Assembly (NCBI GenBank): GCA_963844825.1
Contig: CAWJPQ010000003.1
Location: 10,088 to 74,087 of the forward strand
Length of the DNA: 64,000 nucleotides
Origin: an uncultured Gammaproteobacteria bacterium
GTDB taxonomy: Bacteria; Pseudomonadota; Gammaproteobacteria; CAWJPQ01
Direction: 5' to 3'
Numbering within the stretch: the first letter of the stretch is position 1; each line of letters begins with the position of its first letter. Below, piece by piece: positions 45,497 through 59,475 of the stretch. The notes below the pieces were generated by a model, which saw nothing but the letters and a program-made list of their open reading frames with translations, made no database searches and was not told the origin of the DNA. A program made the translations under genes and the position numbers.

Positions 45497-46681
45497 ATGC
45501 ACATTACCCGGATCGACAGCATCGATGAGCTTTCGCCCCGTGCCTGGAATGCCCTGCGGGGCACGGACAATCCGTTCATGCGATTCGAGTTCCTCGCCGC
45601 CCTGGAGCATCACGGCTGCGTCGGGGAGGATGCCGGGTGGATCCCGCAGTTCCTTGTCGCCGAGCAGGACAACCAGCTCCTGGGCGCGGTACCCCTGTAT
45701 CTCAAGTACCACTCCTTCGGTGAATTCGTCTTCGACTGGGCATGGGCCCACGCCTATGAAAACACGGGCCGCCGGTATTATCCCAAGCTGGTGGTCGCCG
45801 CACCGTTCACGCCCATCACGGGCCCGCGGGTGCTGGTCGCGGACACGGAGCAAGGGCCTGAAATCGCGGAGGCCCTGGTCAAGGCGACGCTGGAACGGGC
45901 CCGCACGCTGAAGGTCTCGTCCCTGCATTGGCTGTTCGTCAACCAGGAGGACGGGTCCCGGCTGGAGCGCCACGGCCTGATGCGGCGCGCCGGCTGCCAA
46001 TTCCATTGGCTAAACCCGGGGTACCGGGACTTCGATGACTTCCTCGACCGCTTCTCTTCGGCGAAGCGCAAGAAGATCAAGCGCGAGCGCCGGCGCATCG
46101 TCGAGGACGGCATCGAGTACGAGCGGGTCCAGGGCGAGCGGATCACCGAGACCCACTGGGACCGCTTCTATGATTTTTATCACTCCACATTCTGGAAGAA
46201 GGGCAATTTCGCTCCCCTGTCCCGGGCGTTCTTTTCGGAGCTGAGCCGCAACATGCCCGACAGCGTCATGCTGATCCTGGCCAAGCACCGCGGCGAGTAC
46301 GTGGGCGGGGCCTTGTTCCTGCATAATGAGCATACCCTCTATGGCCGGCACTGGGGCTGTTCCGAGGATTTCCACAGCCTGCACTTCGAGACGTGCTATT
46401 ACCGCGCCATTGATTTTTGCATCGAACGGGGCATAAAGTGCTTCGAGGCGGGCGCCCAGGGGGAGCACAAGGTCAGCCGCGGCTTTCTGCCGGTGACCAC
46501 GTGGTCGGCCCACTGGGTCAGGGACGAGCACTTCGCCCTGGCGGTACGCGACTTTCTCGGCCGTGAGCGCCAGGCCATCGCCTCATACATCGGCGAGCTG
46601 CAACAGCACCTGCCCTTCAAGGCGGGTGGCCCCGGGGTGACGCCGGCGGACGACACCGTCGATCACATTACATCGGCCTGA
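45497..46681 (+). CDS. GNAT/FemAB-like N-acetyltransferase (DUF482)
   Basis: [39 protein letters not shown]. Confidence 0.9.
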   Translation: MHITRIDSIDELSPRAWNALRGTDNPFMRFEFLAALEHHGCVGEDAGWIPQFLVAEQDNQLLGAVPLYLKYHSFGEFVFDWAWAHAYENTGRRYYPKLVVAAPFTPITGPRVLVADTEQGPEIAEALVKATLERARTLKVSSLHWLFVNQEDGSRLERHGLMRRAGCQFHWLNPGYRDFDDFLDRFSSAKRKKIKRERRRIVEDGIEYERVQGERITETHWDRFYDFYHSTFWKKGNFAPLSRAFFSELSRNMPDSVMLILAKHRGEYVGGALFLHNEHTLYGRHWGCSEDFHSLHFETCYYRAIDFCIERGIKCFEAGAQGEHKVSRGFLPVTTWSAHWVRDEHFALAVRDFLGRERQAIASYIGELQQHLPFKAGGPGVTPADDTVDHITSA

Positions 46682-46695
46682 CAGCGAGTGACACC

Positions 46696-47430
46696 ATGCG
46701 GGCGACGCGGCACAACAGTCCTTTCTTTATCCCCGTGCACGACCCGGGGTACGCCTTCCCGGACCCGGCGCTGGCCATGGACGAGCCCAACGGGCTGCTG
46801 GCCGTGGGCGGTGACTTGTCGGTCAGGCGCCTGTTGACGGCCTACCGGCGCGGCATCTTCCCCTGGTACAGCGACGGCCAGCCGATCCTGTGGTGGTCGC
46901 CCGACCCGCGGGCGGTCCTGATGCCGGATCAGCTGAAGGTCTCGCGCAGCCTGAACAAGACCCTGCGCCAGGGACGGTACACCGTCACCTGTGACAAGGC
47001 CTTCGACGAGGTGGTCCGGGCCTGCGCGGGCGCCCGGGCGGGGAACCCCGGGACCTGGATCACCCGGGAGATGATGCAGGCCTACACCCGGCTGCACCGC
47101 CATGGCGTGGCACACTCGGTGGAGTCCTGGCAGGGCGATGAGCTGGCGGGCGGGCTGTACGGCGTGGCCCTGGGACGGGTATTCTTCGGCGAGTCCATGT
47201 TCCACCGCGGGCGGGACGCCTCCAAGGTCGCCTTCGTTCACCTGGCCCGGCACCTGCAGCGGCGGGGCTATGAACTGATCGACTGCCAGGTCGGCTCCGA
47301 GCACCTGGAGAGCCTGGGTGCCGTGGAAATCGACCGGGCGGACTTTCTCGACACCCTCTCACGGTGCGCCGAAGGGCCGGCGCCGGCGGGCGCCTGGCCG
47401 TCCGGACAGGGGCTGCCCCTGGAGGAGTAA
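46696..47430 (+). CDS. aat: Leucyl/phenylalanyl-tRNA--protein transferase
   Basis: [31 protein letters not shown]. Confidence 0.96.
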   Translation: MRATRHNSPFFIPVHDPGYAFPDPALAMDEPNGLLAVGGDLSVRRLLTAYRRGIFPWYSDGQPILWWSPDPRAVLMPDQLKVSRSLNKTLRQGRYTVTCDKAFDEVVRACAGARAGNPGTWITREMMQAYTRLHRHGVAHSVESWQGDELAGGLYGVALGRVFFGESMFHRGRDASKVAFVHLARHLQRRGYELIDCQVGSEHLESLGAVEIDRADFLDTLSRCAEGPAPAGAWPSGQGLPLEE

Positions 47431-47439
47431 GGCGACGCC

Positions 47440-48183
47440 ATGAACCGATCGCGCCCCAGCCGCTTGAACACCTTGATGAGCTATCTGACGCCGCCGCACC
47501 CCTGCGGCTACCTGGCCAACCGGGATGCCACCAATCAATTCATCAACCCCGAACAGCCCATCGACACCCGCCTGTACAACCATCTCATCAAGCTCGGCTT
47601 CAGGCGCAGCGGCGACTATGTCTACCGGCCGCGCTGCTTCGGCTGCAGCGAGTGCATCCCGGTGCGCATCCCGGTCGACGAGTTCAGACCCAGCCGCAGC
47701 CAGCGCCGCAACCTGCGGGACAACGCCGACCTGACGGTCACCGCCCAGCCCCCCGAGTTCAACCAGGAGCACTTCGATCTCTACCGCCGTTACCTGCGGT
47801 GGCGCCATGCAGGCGGCGGCATGGAAAACCCCAGCCCCCGGGATTACATGGGCTTTCTCACCAGTCGCCTGATCGACACCTGCTTCTACGAGTTCCGCGA
47901 CGGCAACGCCCTGGTCGGTGTCGCCGCCACCGACCTCTTGCCGGACAGCCTGTCGGCGGTGTACACCTTCTATGACCCGCACCAACTCCATCGCGGCATC
48001 GGTGTCTACGCGGTCCTGTGGCAGGTCGCCGAGGCCGTGCGCCTCGGCCTGTCCTGGACCTACCTCGGCTACTGGATCAACGCCTGCGAGAAGATGCAGT
48101 ACAAGCGCCAGTACCGGCCGTTGGAGATCTTCCGGCAGGGACACTGGATCCGGGTCGACCGGCTTGACACACCGCCGGCATAA
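47440..48183 (+). CDS. bpt: Aspartate/glutamate leucyltransferase (ATE1-like, Bpt)
   Basis: PCGYL, GFRRSG..YRP.C..C..C, LSAVYTFYDP, YLGYWI. Confidence 0.92.
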   Translation: MNRSRPSRLNTLMSYLTPPHPCGYLANRDATNQFINPEQPIDTRLYNHLIKLGFRRSGDYVYRPRCFGCSECIPVRIPVDEFRPSRSQRRNLRDNADLTVTAQPPEFNQEHFDLYRRYLRWRHAGGGMENPSPRDYMGFLTSRLIDTCFYEFRDGNALVGVAATDLLPDSLSAVYTFYDPHQLHRGIGVYAVLWQVAEAVRLGLSWTYLGYWINACEKMQYKRQYRPLEIFRQGHWIRVDRLDTPPA

Positions 48184-48267
48184 GACCCCGAACAGGGGAT
48201 CCCGTATGTCTTACGCGGAGACTTGTTGTATAATCGGCCCTTGTTCATCAACAGGTACTATTCGGAT

Positions 48268-48486
48268 ATGGCGAAAGAAGAGCACATTGAAATGGAGGGA
48301 ACGGTACTGGAGACCCTGCCCAACACCATGTTCAGGGTGGAGCTTGAGAACGGCCACGTCATTACCGCGCACATCTCGGGCAAGATGCGCAAGCACTACA
48401 TCCGCATCCTCACCGGCGACAAGGTGACCGTGCAGTTGACCCCCTATGATCTCACCAAGGGGCGCATCGTCTATCGCGCCCGATAG
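48268..48486 (+). CDS. infA: Translation initiation factor IF-1
   Basis: [11 protein letters not shown]...[14 protein letters not shown]...[16 protein letters not shown]. Confidence 0.98.
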   Translation: MAKEEHIEMEGTVLETLPNTMFRVELENGHVITAHISGKMRKHYIRILTGDKVTVQLTPYDLTKGRIVYRAR

Positions 48487-48572
48487 CCCCGTCTTCGCGC
48501 TCGCGAAGCACCCCTGCAGTTCTCCGCCGAATCGTCTTGTCCGCCGCGGCCCCTGATTAACCCGTCATATAC

Positions 48573-48686
48573 TCCCCTCACCCCAAGCCTCCCTGGGGGA
48601 GAGGGAGACGACAAAGAGATTTCCTTATTCCTGCTGCCCCGGTGGATTTCTGCCCCTCAGGGTAGAAGGCCGGGATGAGGGGATCA
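48573..48686. repeat. REP-like doublet
   Basis: CCCCTCACCCCAAGCCTCCC..GGGAGAGGG plus segment matching 7198-7238. Confidence 0.7.
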
Positions 48687-48730
48687 CCGAATCAGTCACG
48701 CCGTTTGGAAAGGAAGGACCGCCTAAAACA

Positions 48731-48756
48731 AAAGGGGCAGCGTACGCTGCCCCTTT
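48731..48756. terminator. Intrinsic terminator between infA and clpA
   Basis: Perfect palindrome AAAGGGGCAGCGTACGCTGCCCCTTT. Confidence 0.8.
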
Positions 48757-48781
48757 GACTCTCTACCGAAAGACCGGCGGG

Positions 48782-51053
48782 TTAGCTCTCCAACGCCTCC
48801 TCGACGCCCTCGATCTCGAAGGTCAGGTGGTCGTCGGCAACGCTCACCCGCAGGCGGCCGCCCTTGGCCAGCTTGCCGAACAACAACTCCTCGGCCAGGG
48901 GCTTCTTGATATGGTCCTGCAGCACCCGGCTCATGGGGCGGGCGCCCATGTCAGGGCTGTAACCGCGTTTGGCCAGCCACTGGCGCGCCAGCTCGTCCAC
49001 TTCGAGGGAGACCTTCTTCTCCTCCAACTGGGTCTCGAGCTCGATGATGAACTTGTCGACCACGTGACCGATGGTCGCCGACTCCAGGGCCTTGAACTGG
49101 ATAATGGCATCCAGGCGATTGCGGAACTCCGGGCTGAACGTCCGGTTGATGACCTCCATGGCATCGCTGGAGTGATCCTGGGTGGCGAAGCCGATGGAGC
49201 GCCGGCTGATCTGGTCGGCGCCGGCGTTGGTGGTCATCACCAGGATGACATTGCGGAAGTCCGCCTTGCGCCCGTTGTTGTCGGTCAGCGTCCCGTGGTC
49301 CATCACCTGCAGCAGCAGATTGAACACGTCCGGGTGGGCCTTCTCGATCTCGTCCAGCAGCAGCACCGCGTGGGGGTGCTTGTTGATGGCCTCGGTGAGC
49401 AGTCCGCCCTGATCGTAACCCACGTACCCCGGCGGCGCGCCGATCAAGCCGCGAGACGGTATGGCGCTCCATATACTCGGACATGTCGAAGCGCACCAGC
49501 TCGATGCCCAGGATATGGGCCAGCTGGCGGGTGACCTCGGTCTTGCCGACGCCCGTGGGCCCGGCGAACAGGTACGAGCCGATGGGCTTTTGGGTATCCC
49601 GCAGGCCGGTGCGCGCCATCTTGATGGCCGACGCCAGGGTCTCAATGGCCTCGTCCTGCCCGAAGACCACCATCTTCAGGTCCCGCTCCAGGTTGCGCAG
49701 CTTGTGCATATCGGAGCTGGACACGCTCTTGGGCGGGATGCGCGCGATCTTGGCGACGATCTCCTCGATCTCCTTGACGCCCACCGTCTTCTTGCGGCGC
49801 GACGCCGGCACCAGACGCTGGTTCGCGCCGGCCTCGTCGATGACGTCGATGGCCTTGTCGGGCAGGAAGCGGTCGTTGATATAGCGCGACGACAGCTCCA
49901 CCGCGGCGCGGATGGACTCGTGGGAGTACTTGATCTTGTGGTGCTCCTCGAAACGCGGCTTGAGTCCGCGCAGGATCGCAATGGCCTCCTCCACCGTGGG
50001 CTCGGTGACGTCGATCTTCTGAAAACGCCGCGCCAGGGCCCGGTCCTTCTCGAAGATGCCGCGATACTCGTGATAGGTGGTGGAACCGATGCACTTGAGC
50101 TCGCCGGAGGCCAGCACCGGCTTGATCAGGTTGGAGGCGTCCATGACGCCGCCGGAGGCCGAGCCGGCGCCGATGATGGTATGGATCTCGTCGATGAACA
50201 GAATCGAGCCCGTGCTCTTTCTTGAGCTGGGCGACCACGGCCTTGAGGCGCTTCTCGAAATCGCCGCGGTACTTGGTGCCCGCCAGCAGCGCGCCCATGT
50301 CCAGGGCATAGATCGTGCTGTCCTGCAGCACGTCCGGCACTTCCTCGTCGACGATCATCTTGGCCAGGCCCTCGGCGATGGCGGTCTTGCCGACGCCGGC
50401 CTCGCCCACCAGCAGCGGATTGTTCTTGCGCCGGCGGCACAGGATCTGGATCACCCGCTGGATCTCGTCGCGGCGGCCGATCAGCGGGTCGATACGCCCG
50501 CTCCGCGCCAGCTGGTTCAGATTGGTGGCGAAGCTCTCCAGGGGACTGTTGCCGCCGGCCTCGGCGGCGCATCTTCCTCCGGGGAGGAGGCGACAGGCTC
50601 TCACCGCGGTCCTCGCCGGGGACCTTGGAGATGCCGTGGGAGATGTAATTCACCACATCGAGACGTGTGATGTTCTGCTTGTTCAGGAAATAGACGGCCT
50701 GGGAGTCCTGCTCGCTGAAGATCGCCACCAGCACATTGGCGCCCGGTGACTTCCTTCTTGCCCGATGACTGGACATGGAACACGGCGCGCTGCAGGACAC
50801 GCTGGAACCCCAGCGTGGGCTGAGTATCGCGGGTGTCGTCAAGGGCCAGGTGGGGAGTGGTCTGATCGATAAAGGTCATCAAGTCATGACGCAGCTTTTC
50901 GATATCGGCCCCGCAGGCCCGCAACACCTTCGCCGCCGCGGGGTTATCAAGCAGGGCGAGCAACAGGTGCTCCACCGTCATGAACTCGTGCTTCTTCTCG
51001 CGCGCCTCTTTGAACGCGGAGTTGAGCGTAAATTCGAGGTCTTTGCTCAACAT
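48782..51053 (-). CDS. clpA: Clp protease ATP-binding subunit ClpA, about four frameshifts
   Basis: [18 protein letters not shown]; GEAGVGKT; FIDEIHT; GPTGVGKT; LLDEIEKAH across five ORF pieces. Confidence 0.93.
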
Positions 51054-51097
51054 AATTGGCTGCTCTTTTTACATGGATTAAAGGTTAAAGTGACACC

Positions 51098-51421
51098 TCA
51101 CGCCTCCTCCATGACGCATTGTAGCGGATGTTGGTTCTCCCGGGAAAATTCATTGACCTGCTCTACTTTAGTCTCAGCAATATCCCGTGTAAACAACCCG
51201 CAGACACCCGATCCCCGCGTATGTACATGCAGCATGATTTCCGTAGCCTTGTCCCGGTCCATGCCGAAGAATTTCTCCAATACGTATATTACAAAGTCCA
51301 TCGGCGTGTAATCGTCATTAAGCAGTATGACTTTGTAAAGGGGCGGTTGTTCAACCTTGGGGTCCGCCTCTTCGACTGATAGCCCGGTGTCATCGGAATG
51401 ATGCTGCTCTTTCTTCTTCAT
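51098..51421 (-). CDS. clpS: Clp protease adaptor ClpS
   Basis: [26 protein letters not shown]. Confidence 0.97.
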   Translation of the reverse strand: MKKKEQHHSDDTGLSVEEADPKVEQPPLYKVILLNDDYTPMDFVIYVLEKFFGMDRDKATEIMLHVHTRGSGVCGLFTRDIAETKVEQVNEFSRENQHPLQCVMEEA

Positions 51422-51774
51422 ACCATGACTCCTTCTATTTTACCGCAAATTTAGTAAAATTTCCCGAGCCCCCTCCCCGCTCCGCGCCCCCGGCGACCCC
51501 GCGCCCTCCCCTGGTTAAGCACCCCGGCGCATCGGTCCATAACCAATAATTCTAAGCGTGCCGGCCAGAATTATCACTATAATTCATGAAGTTACACGCT
51601 CCTGCCGGGGTCCATTCTAACTCACTATTGACTATGTTAATCAATTAGAAGAAAGTGTCTAGTGACAAATCGCGCTTGACAAAACGCGCGAGGGAGTGGG
51701 AGTTCGCATCACGATAAAGAGATAACAATGGCGGGACACCCGTCAGGTTCATAGTGATGAGGGGTGGATGAGCT

Positions 51775-52035
51775 ATGAAAAGTGGCACTGTCAAGTGGTT
51801 TAGCAACACCAAGGGGTACGGATTTATCTCTCCTGAGGACGGCGGCGAGGACGTCTTCGCGCATTTCTCCGCCATCAGCATGGATGGATACAAGACCCTG
51901 AAGGGAGGACAGAAGGTCGAGTTCGAGATACAGACGGGTGATAAGGGACTGTATGCATCGAACATCAAGCCTTCTCATGGCGTAGTACAGGAATCGCAGG
52001 AATCTATGGGGCCAGTTCCAAAGTTCGAGGGATAA
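51775..52035 (+). CDS. cspD: Cold-shock domain protein CspD
   Basis: [24 protein letters not shown]; divergent from clpS. Confidence 0.9.
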   Translation: MKSGTVKWFSNTKGYGFISPEDGGEDVFAHFSAISMDGYKTLKGGQKVEFEIQTGDKGLYASNIKPSHGVVQESQESMGPVPKFEG

Positions 52036-52060
52036 GGCCCCGGCCGACGGGGCACCCTGC

Positions 52061-53317
<1,257 letters not shown>

Positions 53318-53635
53318 GGGGCCTTCCTCTGTTCTACACGGGTGCCGCAAGCGGCGCCCGGACCGTATTCCAGTCCGCGCGCCCGCCACCGAAGCCCCCC
53401 TGCCAGTGATGGAGATGGAGGCGGGCCGCCTCGGGCGGCGGGGGGATTGTAGCAAGTCCCGCTCGAAGTGGCGAACCCGCATGTCTCACCAATGGGGGCC
53501 GCGGCGCGCGGGCCGGTGGTAAACTTGAGCCCCGCAAGGGTTTTCACCCGTCACGGCCTCATGCCGTCGCGCCGCCGCACCGGCGGCGGCATGGGCGCCG
53601 GTTACCCGCGAGAACAGATCGAGAGGCCGCCCCCG

Positions 53636-54085
53636 ATGAACACGAGATGGAGACCCCACGTCACGGTCGCCGCCATTGTCGAACAGGAGGATCGCTTCCT
53701 GATGGTCGAAGAGCTCATCGACGGCCGGACGGTATACAACCAGCCGGCGGGACACCTGGAAGACGGCGAGTCTCTGCGCGACGCGGTGATCCGCGAGACC
53801 CTGGAAGAGACCGCCGGGCGCTTCGTGCCGGAGTCTGTCGTGGGCGTGTACCGCTGGATCGAACCGAGCCGGCGCCGCACCTACCTGCGCACGTGCTTCG
53901 CCGGCCGGTGCCCGGATTTCGACCCCCACCGGGTATTGGACAGCGCCATTCAGCGCACCGTGTGGATGGACCTCGAGGAGCTCAAGGCCGCCCGCGCCTC
54001 CCTGCGCAGCCCCCTGGTCCTGCGCTGCATCGAGGACTACCGGCGCGGCAGGCGCTATCCCATGGACGTATTCACCGACGTGTGA
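53636..54085 (+). CDS. nudJ: NUDIX hydrolase (NudJ-like)
   Basis: PHVTVA, NQPAGHLEDGESL...RETLEET, RSPLV; upstream of mnmA. Confidence 0.85.
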   Translation: MNTRWRPHVTVAAIVEQEDRFLMVEELIDGRTVYNQPAGHLEDGESLRDAVIRETLEETAGRFVPESVVGVYRWIEPSRRRTYLRTCFAGRCPDFDPHRVLDSAIQRTVWMDLEELKAARASLRSPLVLRCIEDYRRGRRYPMDVFTDV

Positions 54086-54223
54086 GGGCGGCGCACCCGG
54101 CCGTCTGCCCGTCATGGCTCAATTTGATATAATCCCGGTCACCATGACCAGACGCCCACTTACGCCCTCCCGTACCCGCCACGACGCGGCCGTTATGGCC
54201 TGAACAACAGACAATCGCCCGTC

Positions 54224-55357
54224 ATGCCCCGACCTCACGCCGTATCCAATGCACAACAGGATGTGGCCGCCGCTACCGGCGCCCGGATTGCCGTGGGCCT
54301 GTCCGGCGGTGTGGATTCGTCCGTGGCCGCCCTGCTGCTGAAGCGCCAAGGCTATCGGGTCACGGGGGTGTTCATGAAGAACTGGCAGGAGCAGGACCCG
54401 CTCCACCCGTGCACCGCCGCCGAGGATGCCCGCGACGCAAGCCGGGTGTGCGAGCGCCTGGGCATCGCCTTCAGCGGCATCAATTTTTCCGAGCAGTACT
54501 ACCAGCGGGTGTTCCGCCATTTCCTGGCGCAGTACGCAAGCGGACTGACGCCCAACCCGGATATCCTGTGCAACCGCGAGATCAAGTTCCGCGCCTTTCT
54601 CGACCACGCCCTGGAGGGGGGCGCCGACCTGATCGCCACCGGGCACTACGCCCGCATCGAGCGCCGGGGGGACCGGTATTGCCTGCTCAAGGGCGTGGAC
54701 CCCGGCAAGGACCAGAGCTACTTTCTCTATGCCCTGAACCAGGCGCAACTGTCCAAGGCCCTGTTCCCCCTGGGCCATCTGGCCAAGGCCCAGGTGCGGC
54801 GCCTGGCGGCCGAGGCCGGTTTTGAAAATCACGCCAAGAAGGACAGCACCGGGATCTGCTTTATCGGTGAGCGCGACTTTCGCGCCTTCCTGCAATATTA
54901 TTTCGCCAAGGCCCCGGGGGCGATCCGCACCCTCGACGGCGCCGCGGTGGGCGAGCACGAGGGGCTGATGTTCTACACCATCGGCCAGCGGCACGGCCTG
55001 GGCATCGGCGGCGGGCGCCACTCCAGCGGCGAGCCCTGGTACGTGGCCGGCAAGGACCCCGCCACCAATACCCTGCTGGTGGTGCAGGGCCACGACCACC
55101 CGGCCCTGTATGCCCCGCGCTTGACCGCCAGGCAAGCCCACTGGATCGCCGGTGCGCCGCCGCCCATCCCCTACAAGTGCCAGGCCAAGACCCGCTACCG
55201 CCAGCCCGCCCAGGCCTGCGAGATCGTCGACCTGGACGGGGACGGGTGCACGGTGGTCTTCGACGCCCCCCAATGGGCCGTCACCCCCGGGCAGGCCGTG
55301 GTGTTCTACCAGGGGGATGAGTGCCTGGGCGGCGCGACCATCGACCGGGCGCACTGA
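54224..55357 (+). CDS. mnmA: tRNA 2-thiouridylase MnmA
   Basis: SGGVDS, TPNPDILCN, ATGHY, KDQSYFL, DSTGICF, TPGQ. Confidence 0.97.
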   Translation: MPRPHAVSNAQQDVAAATGARIAVGLSGGVDSSVAALLLKRQGYRVTGVFMKNWQEQDPLHPCTAAEDARDASRVCERLGIAFSGINFSEQYYQRVFRHFLAQYASGLTPNPDILCNREIKFRAFLDHALEGGADLIATGHYARIERRGDRYCLLKGVDPGKDQSYFLYALNQAQLSKALFPLGHLAKAQVRRLAAEAGFENHAKKDSTGICFIGERDFRAFLQYYFAKAPGAIRTLDGAAVGEHEGLMFYTIGQRHGLGIGGGRHSSGEPWYVAGKDPATNTLLVVQGHDHPALYAPRLTARQAHWIAGAPPPIPYKCQAKTRYRQPAQACEIVDLDGDGCTVVFDAPQWAVTPGQAVVFYQGDECLGGATIDRAH

Positions 55358-55426
55358 CCTCGAGTATGATCGCGTCACACGCCCTTATTCAGCCCACATG
55401 AAGATACCCGAGAATCTGACCACGAA

Positions 55427-56068
55427 GTGATGGACTCCGCTATCAATGACAGGACACTGGCGCTCGCGGGCGTCTTTCAGGCCGCCCAGCTGGTACAACG
55501 TACCGCGCGGTTCGGTTCCCCCCACGGCCCCACCTACGGGCCCTGCATCAACACCCTGTTCACCCTGAACCCGCCGAGCACCGAGGCGGTATACGGCGGG
55601 GTACAGGGGATCGAACGGGGGCTGAAGGTCCTGTGCGACCAGCTGGACAACCGCAGCGACGCCCGGGACATGGAGCTGACCAAGTATGTGGTCCAGTTGC
55701 TGCACCTGCAGCGCCAGCTGTCGAAGAACAAGGCCATGGTGAAAGTACTGCACGACGGGATCGTAGCCATCAAGTCCCTGGCCGAGCAGACCTCCGCCAC
55801 GGACGAGCGGGTGATCGACCAGCTCGCCGACCTGTACAGCAATACCATCAGCACCCTGAATCCGCGCATCCTGGTCAGCGGCGAACAGCAGTACCTGTCA
55901 GACCCCAAGATCGCCAATCAGATCCGCACTCTGCTGCTCGCGGGCATCCGTTCCGCCATGCTGTGGCGCCAGTGCGGCGGCAGCCGCTGGAAGCTCCTCC
56001 TGGAACGCGGCAAGCTGCTCAATGCGGCCAACGAGATACTTGCCGAGGCGGGCTCCATCACCGAGTGA
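55427..56068 (+). CDS. hflD: High-frequency lysogenization protein HflD
   Basis: LALAGVFQ, LLLAGIRSAMLWRQCGG; between mnmA and purB. Confidence 0.93.
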   Translation: MMDSAINDRTLALAGVFQAAQLVQRTARFGSPHGPTYGPCINTLFTLNPPSTEAVYGGVQGIERGLKVLCDQLDNRSDARDMELTKYVVQLLHLQRQLSKNKAMVKVLHDGIVAIKSLAEQTSATDERVIDQLADLYSNTISTLNPRILVSGEQQYLSDPKIANQIRTLLLAGIRSAMLWRQCGGSRWKLLLERGKLLNAANEILAEAGSITE

Positions 56069-56126
56069 CCGCCGCCGCCGGCCCGGCCATGTATAATTGA
56101 CGCCTATAGACCCTCGAGATATGCCC

Positions 56127-57495
<1,369 letters not shown>

Positions 57496-57515
57496 CCCCC
57501 ATGGGTTGCCTGTTT

Positions 57516-57557
57516 TGTGACGCAGGTCACAGTTTTCACGGCACGGCTATGGATAAT
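57516..57557 (+). promoter_or_regulatory. CRP-family box with class II promoter geometry
   Basis: Perfect TGTGA-N6-TCACA (57516-57531); TG.GATAAT extended -10 at 57550-57557; box centre about -41.5 from a start near 57565. Confidence 0.7.
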
Positions 57558-57564
57558 GGAACAT

Positions 57565-57662
57565 CAGGGAGTCATGACGACGCTCCCGCCTTTACCTCCT
57601 ACAACAAGTCGTCTTAGCACCCTGGCCCGGACTGTTACCCCTCCCAACAGTCCGGGCTTTTT
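57565..57662 (+). ncRNA. Candidate ~100 nt small RNA with C-rich anti-Shine-Dalgarno loops
   Basis: GACGAC/GTCGTC stem enclosing TTTACCTCCT; 12-bp terminator stem GCCCGGACTGTT/AACAGTCCGGGC with loop ACCCCTCCC then T5. Confidence 0.7.
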
Positions 57663-57744
57663 ACCGTCTTCACCTTAGCGCTTGCGGGTACAGGCGGCCT
57701 TGGATCCGGACCCACATCGACATAAATTCAGGGCGGGCACCACG

Positions 57745-58257
57745 ATGGAAGACCTACAACAGCATCGCTTGGGCGAGACCCCGGAGGCACTCCCGCTGGG
57801 CACCAGCGCTGATCACCGTGCCGTCGCCCTGGCCATGGCGGCCCAGGCGCAGCACACCCTTTGCATCCTCACCGAGGATCTCGACCATCCCGTTTTCAGC
57901 ACGCCGGCCATGGCCGAGGCCGTCACCCGGCTGGCAACCCGCAGCCGGCACTCGTCCGTGCGCATCCTGCTCCAGGACTCGACGGCCGTCACCCGGCGCA
58001 CCCACCGCCTGGTGGGGCTCAGTCAACGACTGAGCAGCAGCATTCATATCCGCCGCCCCCACGAGGAGCACCGGCGCATCGGGCGGGCCTTCCTGGTCGC
58101 CGACGCCACCGGCTATGTCCGCCGCACCCAGCCGCACCGCTACGAGGGCATGGCCCACTTCAACTCCACGGCCGAGGCGCGGGAATTATTACGCCTGTTC
58201 GACGTCTTATGGGAGAGGAGCACTCCCGACCCCGAACTGCAGCGGCTTTATATATGA
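57745..58257 (+). CDS. Conserved hypothetical protein (PLD-like fold, usually GNAT-associated)
   Basis: Organism-typical codon style; VRILLQD, HRLVGLSQRLSS, FLVAD, FDVLWERS; position after purB. Confidence 0.6.
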   Translation: MEDLQQHRLGETPEALPLGTSADHRAVALAMAAQAQHTLCILTEDLDHPVFSTPAMAEAVTRLATRSRHSSVRILLQDSTAVTRRTHRLVGLSQRLSSSIHIRRPHEEHRRIGRAFLVADATGYVRRTQPHRYEGMAHFNSTAEARELLRLFDVLWERSTPDPELQRLYI

Positions 58258-59123
58258 TGCCTCCAGGCCCCGCGAAATATGCCTTGCTTTATGCCCTCCT
58301 CGCCGGTGGGCTGGGCGCCAATCATGCCTCGGCCATGGACCTGAAGGTCATCCCGCTCGAGCACCGTTCGGCCGAGGCGGTCATCCCCCTGATCAAACCC
58401 TTCGTGACACGGGACGGCGGCCGTGTCACGGGCAGCGGCGACAGGCTCATCGTCCAGGAGCCGGCCGCGGACCTGCCCCAGCTCGAGGCCCTGGTGCGCC
58501 GGATCGATACGCCCTTGACACGGCTGCTGATCACCGTCGCCCAGGACGTCCATCCCCCCGGCCCTCCCGGAGACGGCGACAGTGCCGGCGGACCGGCGAG
58601 CGGGCCCCGCACCCGGGTCTATACGTCGGATGTCGCCGGCCGCCTGAGCGCCCCGGCGCCCGACAGGGGCCGCGATGGCGGACGCGTTTACGGCACCCTG
58701 TCCCTGGACAATGACCATCCGCCTCAAGCACTGCGGGTGCTCGAGGATCGCTGGGCCTCGTTCGAGACCACCGTGCGCGTGCCGGTGCTGGGTCAGTTCC
58801 TGGGCGTGGTCGGCGGGAGCGCGAACACCCTCAACACCATCAAGTACAAGGCGCTCACCACCGGATTCGCGGTCCGGGCGCGCGTCCACGACCAATCGGT
58901 CGTGCTGGACATCGCCCCGCGCAGCGCCGAGCGCGCCCGCCGCGGCGGCGGCGCCATCAAGGACCAGGCAATACAGACCACGGTCAGCGGCAAGCTCGGC
59001 CAGTGGATCGACATCGGCGGCGCGGTCAGCGAGTACAACACCCACGGGGAACAGGGGGTTCATTCCACCTACCCCCTGTCGCAAGACCTGGAGCATGTGT
59101 GGGTGAAGGTGCAGGCGCAGTGA
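58254..59123 (+). CDS. Secretin-N (NolW-like) domain protein
   Basis: Signal peptide; KVIPLEHRSAEAVIP, RIDTPLTRLLITV, TTVSGKLGQWIDIGG. Confidence 0.7.
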   Translation: MMPPGPAKYALLYALLAGGLGANHASAMDLKVIPLEHRSAEAVIPLIKPFVTRDGGRVTGSGDRLIVQEPAADLPQLEALVRRIDTPLTRLLITVAQDVHPPGPPGDGDSAGGPASGPRTRVYTSDVAGRLSAPAPDRGRDGGRVYGTLSLDNDHPPQALRVLEDRWASFETTVRVPVLGQFLGVVGGSANTLNTIKYKALTTGFAVRARVHDQSVVLDIAPRSAERARRGGGAIKDQAIQTTVSGKLGQWIDIGGAVSEYNTHGEQGVHSTYPLSQDLEHVWVKVQAQ

Positions 59124-59149
59124 CGCGCTGCGGCGGGGGCCGCCTGCTT

Positions 59150-59475
59150 TGACCCCCCTCATCCTTGCTTCTCCCCTGAAGGGGAGAAGGGACAGGGAAA
59201 TTGCTTTTTTGAAATCTCTTTGCTCCCTCTCCCCTTTGGGGAGAGGGTTGGGGTGAGGGGAGATAAACACTGACGGCAGCCGGCTCCCTGACCCCCTCAT
59301 CCTTGCTTCTACCCCCAAGGGGGAGAAGGGACAAGGAAGTTGCTTTTTTCCTCCTCTCCCCCTTCGGGGAGGGGGCTGGGGAAAGGGGATACTGGATATA
59401 ACGGCGGTGCGCTCCCTGACCCCCTCATCCTTGCTTCTCCCCCAAGGGGGAGAAGGGACAAGGAAGTTGCTTTTA
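59150..59475. repeat. Cluster of five REP-like palindromes (BIME-like)
   Basis: Three CCCCCTCATCCTTGCTTCT.CCC..GGGAGAAGGGACA units alternating with two inverted CCTCTCCCC..GGGAGAGGG-type units. Confidence 0.85.
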
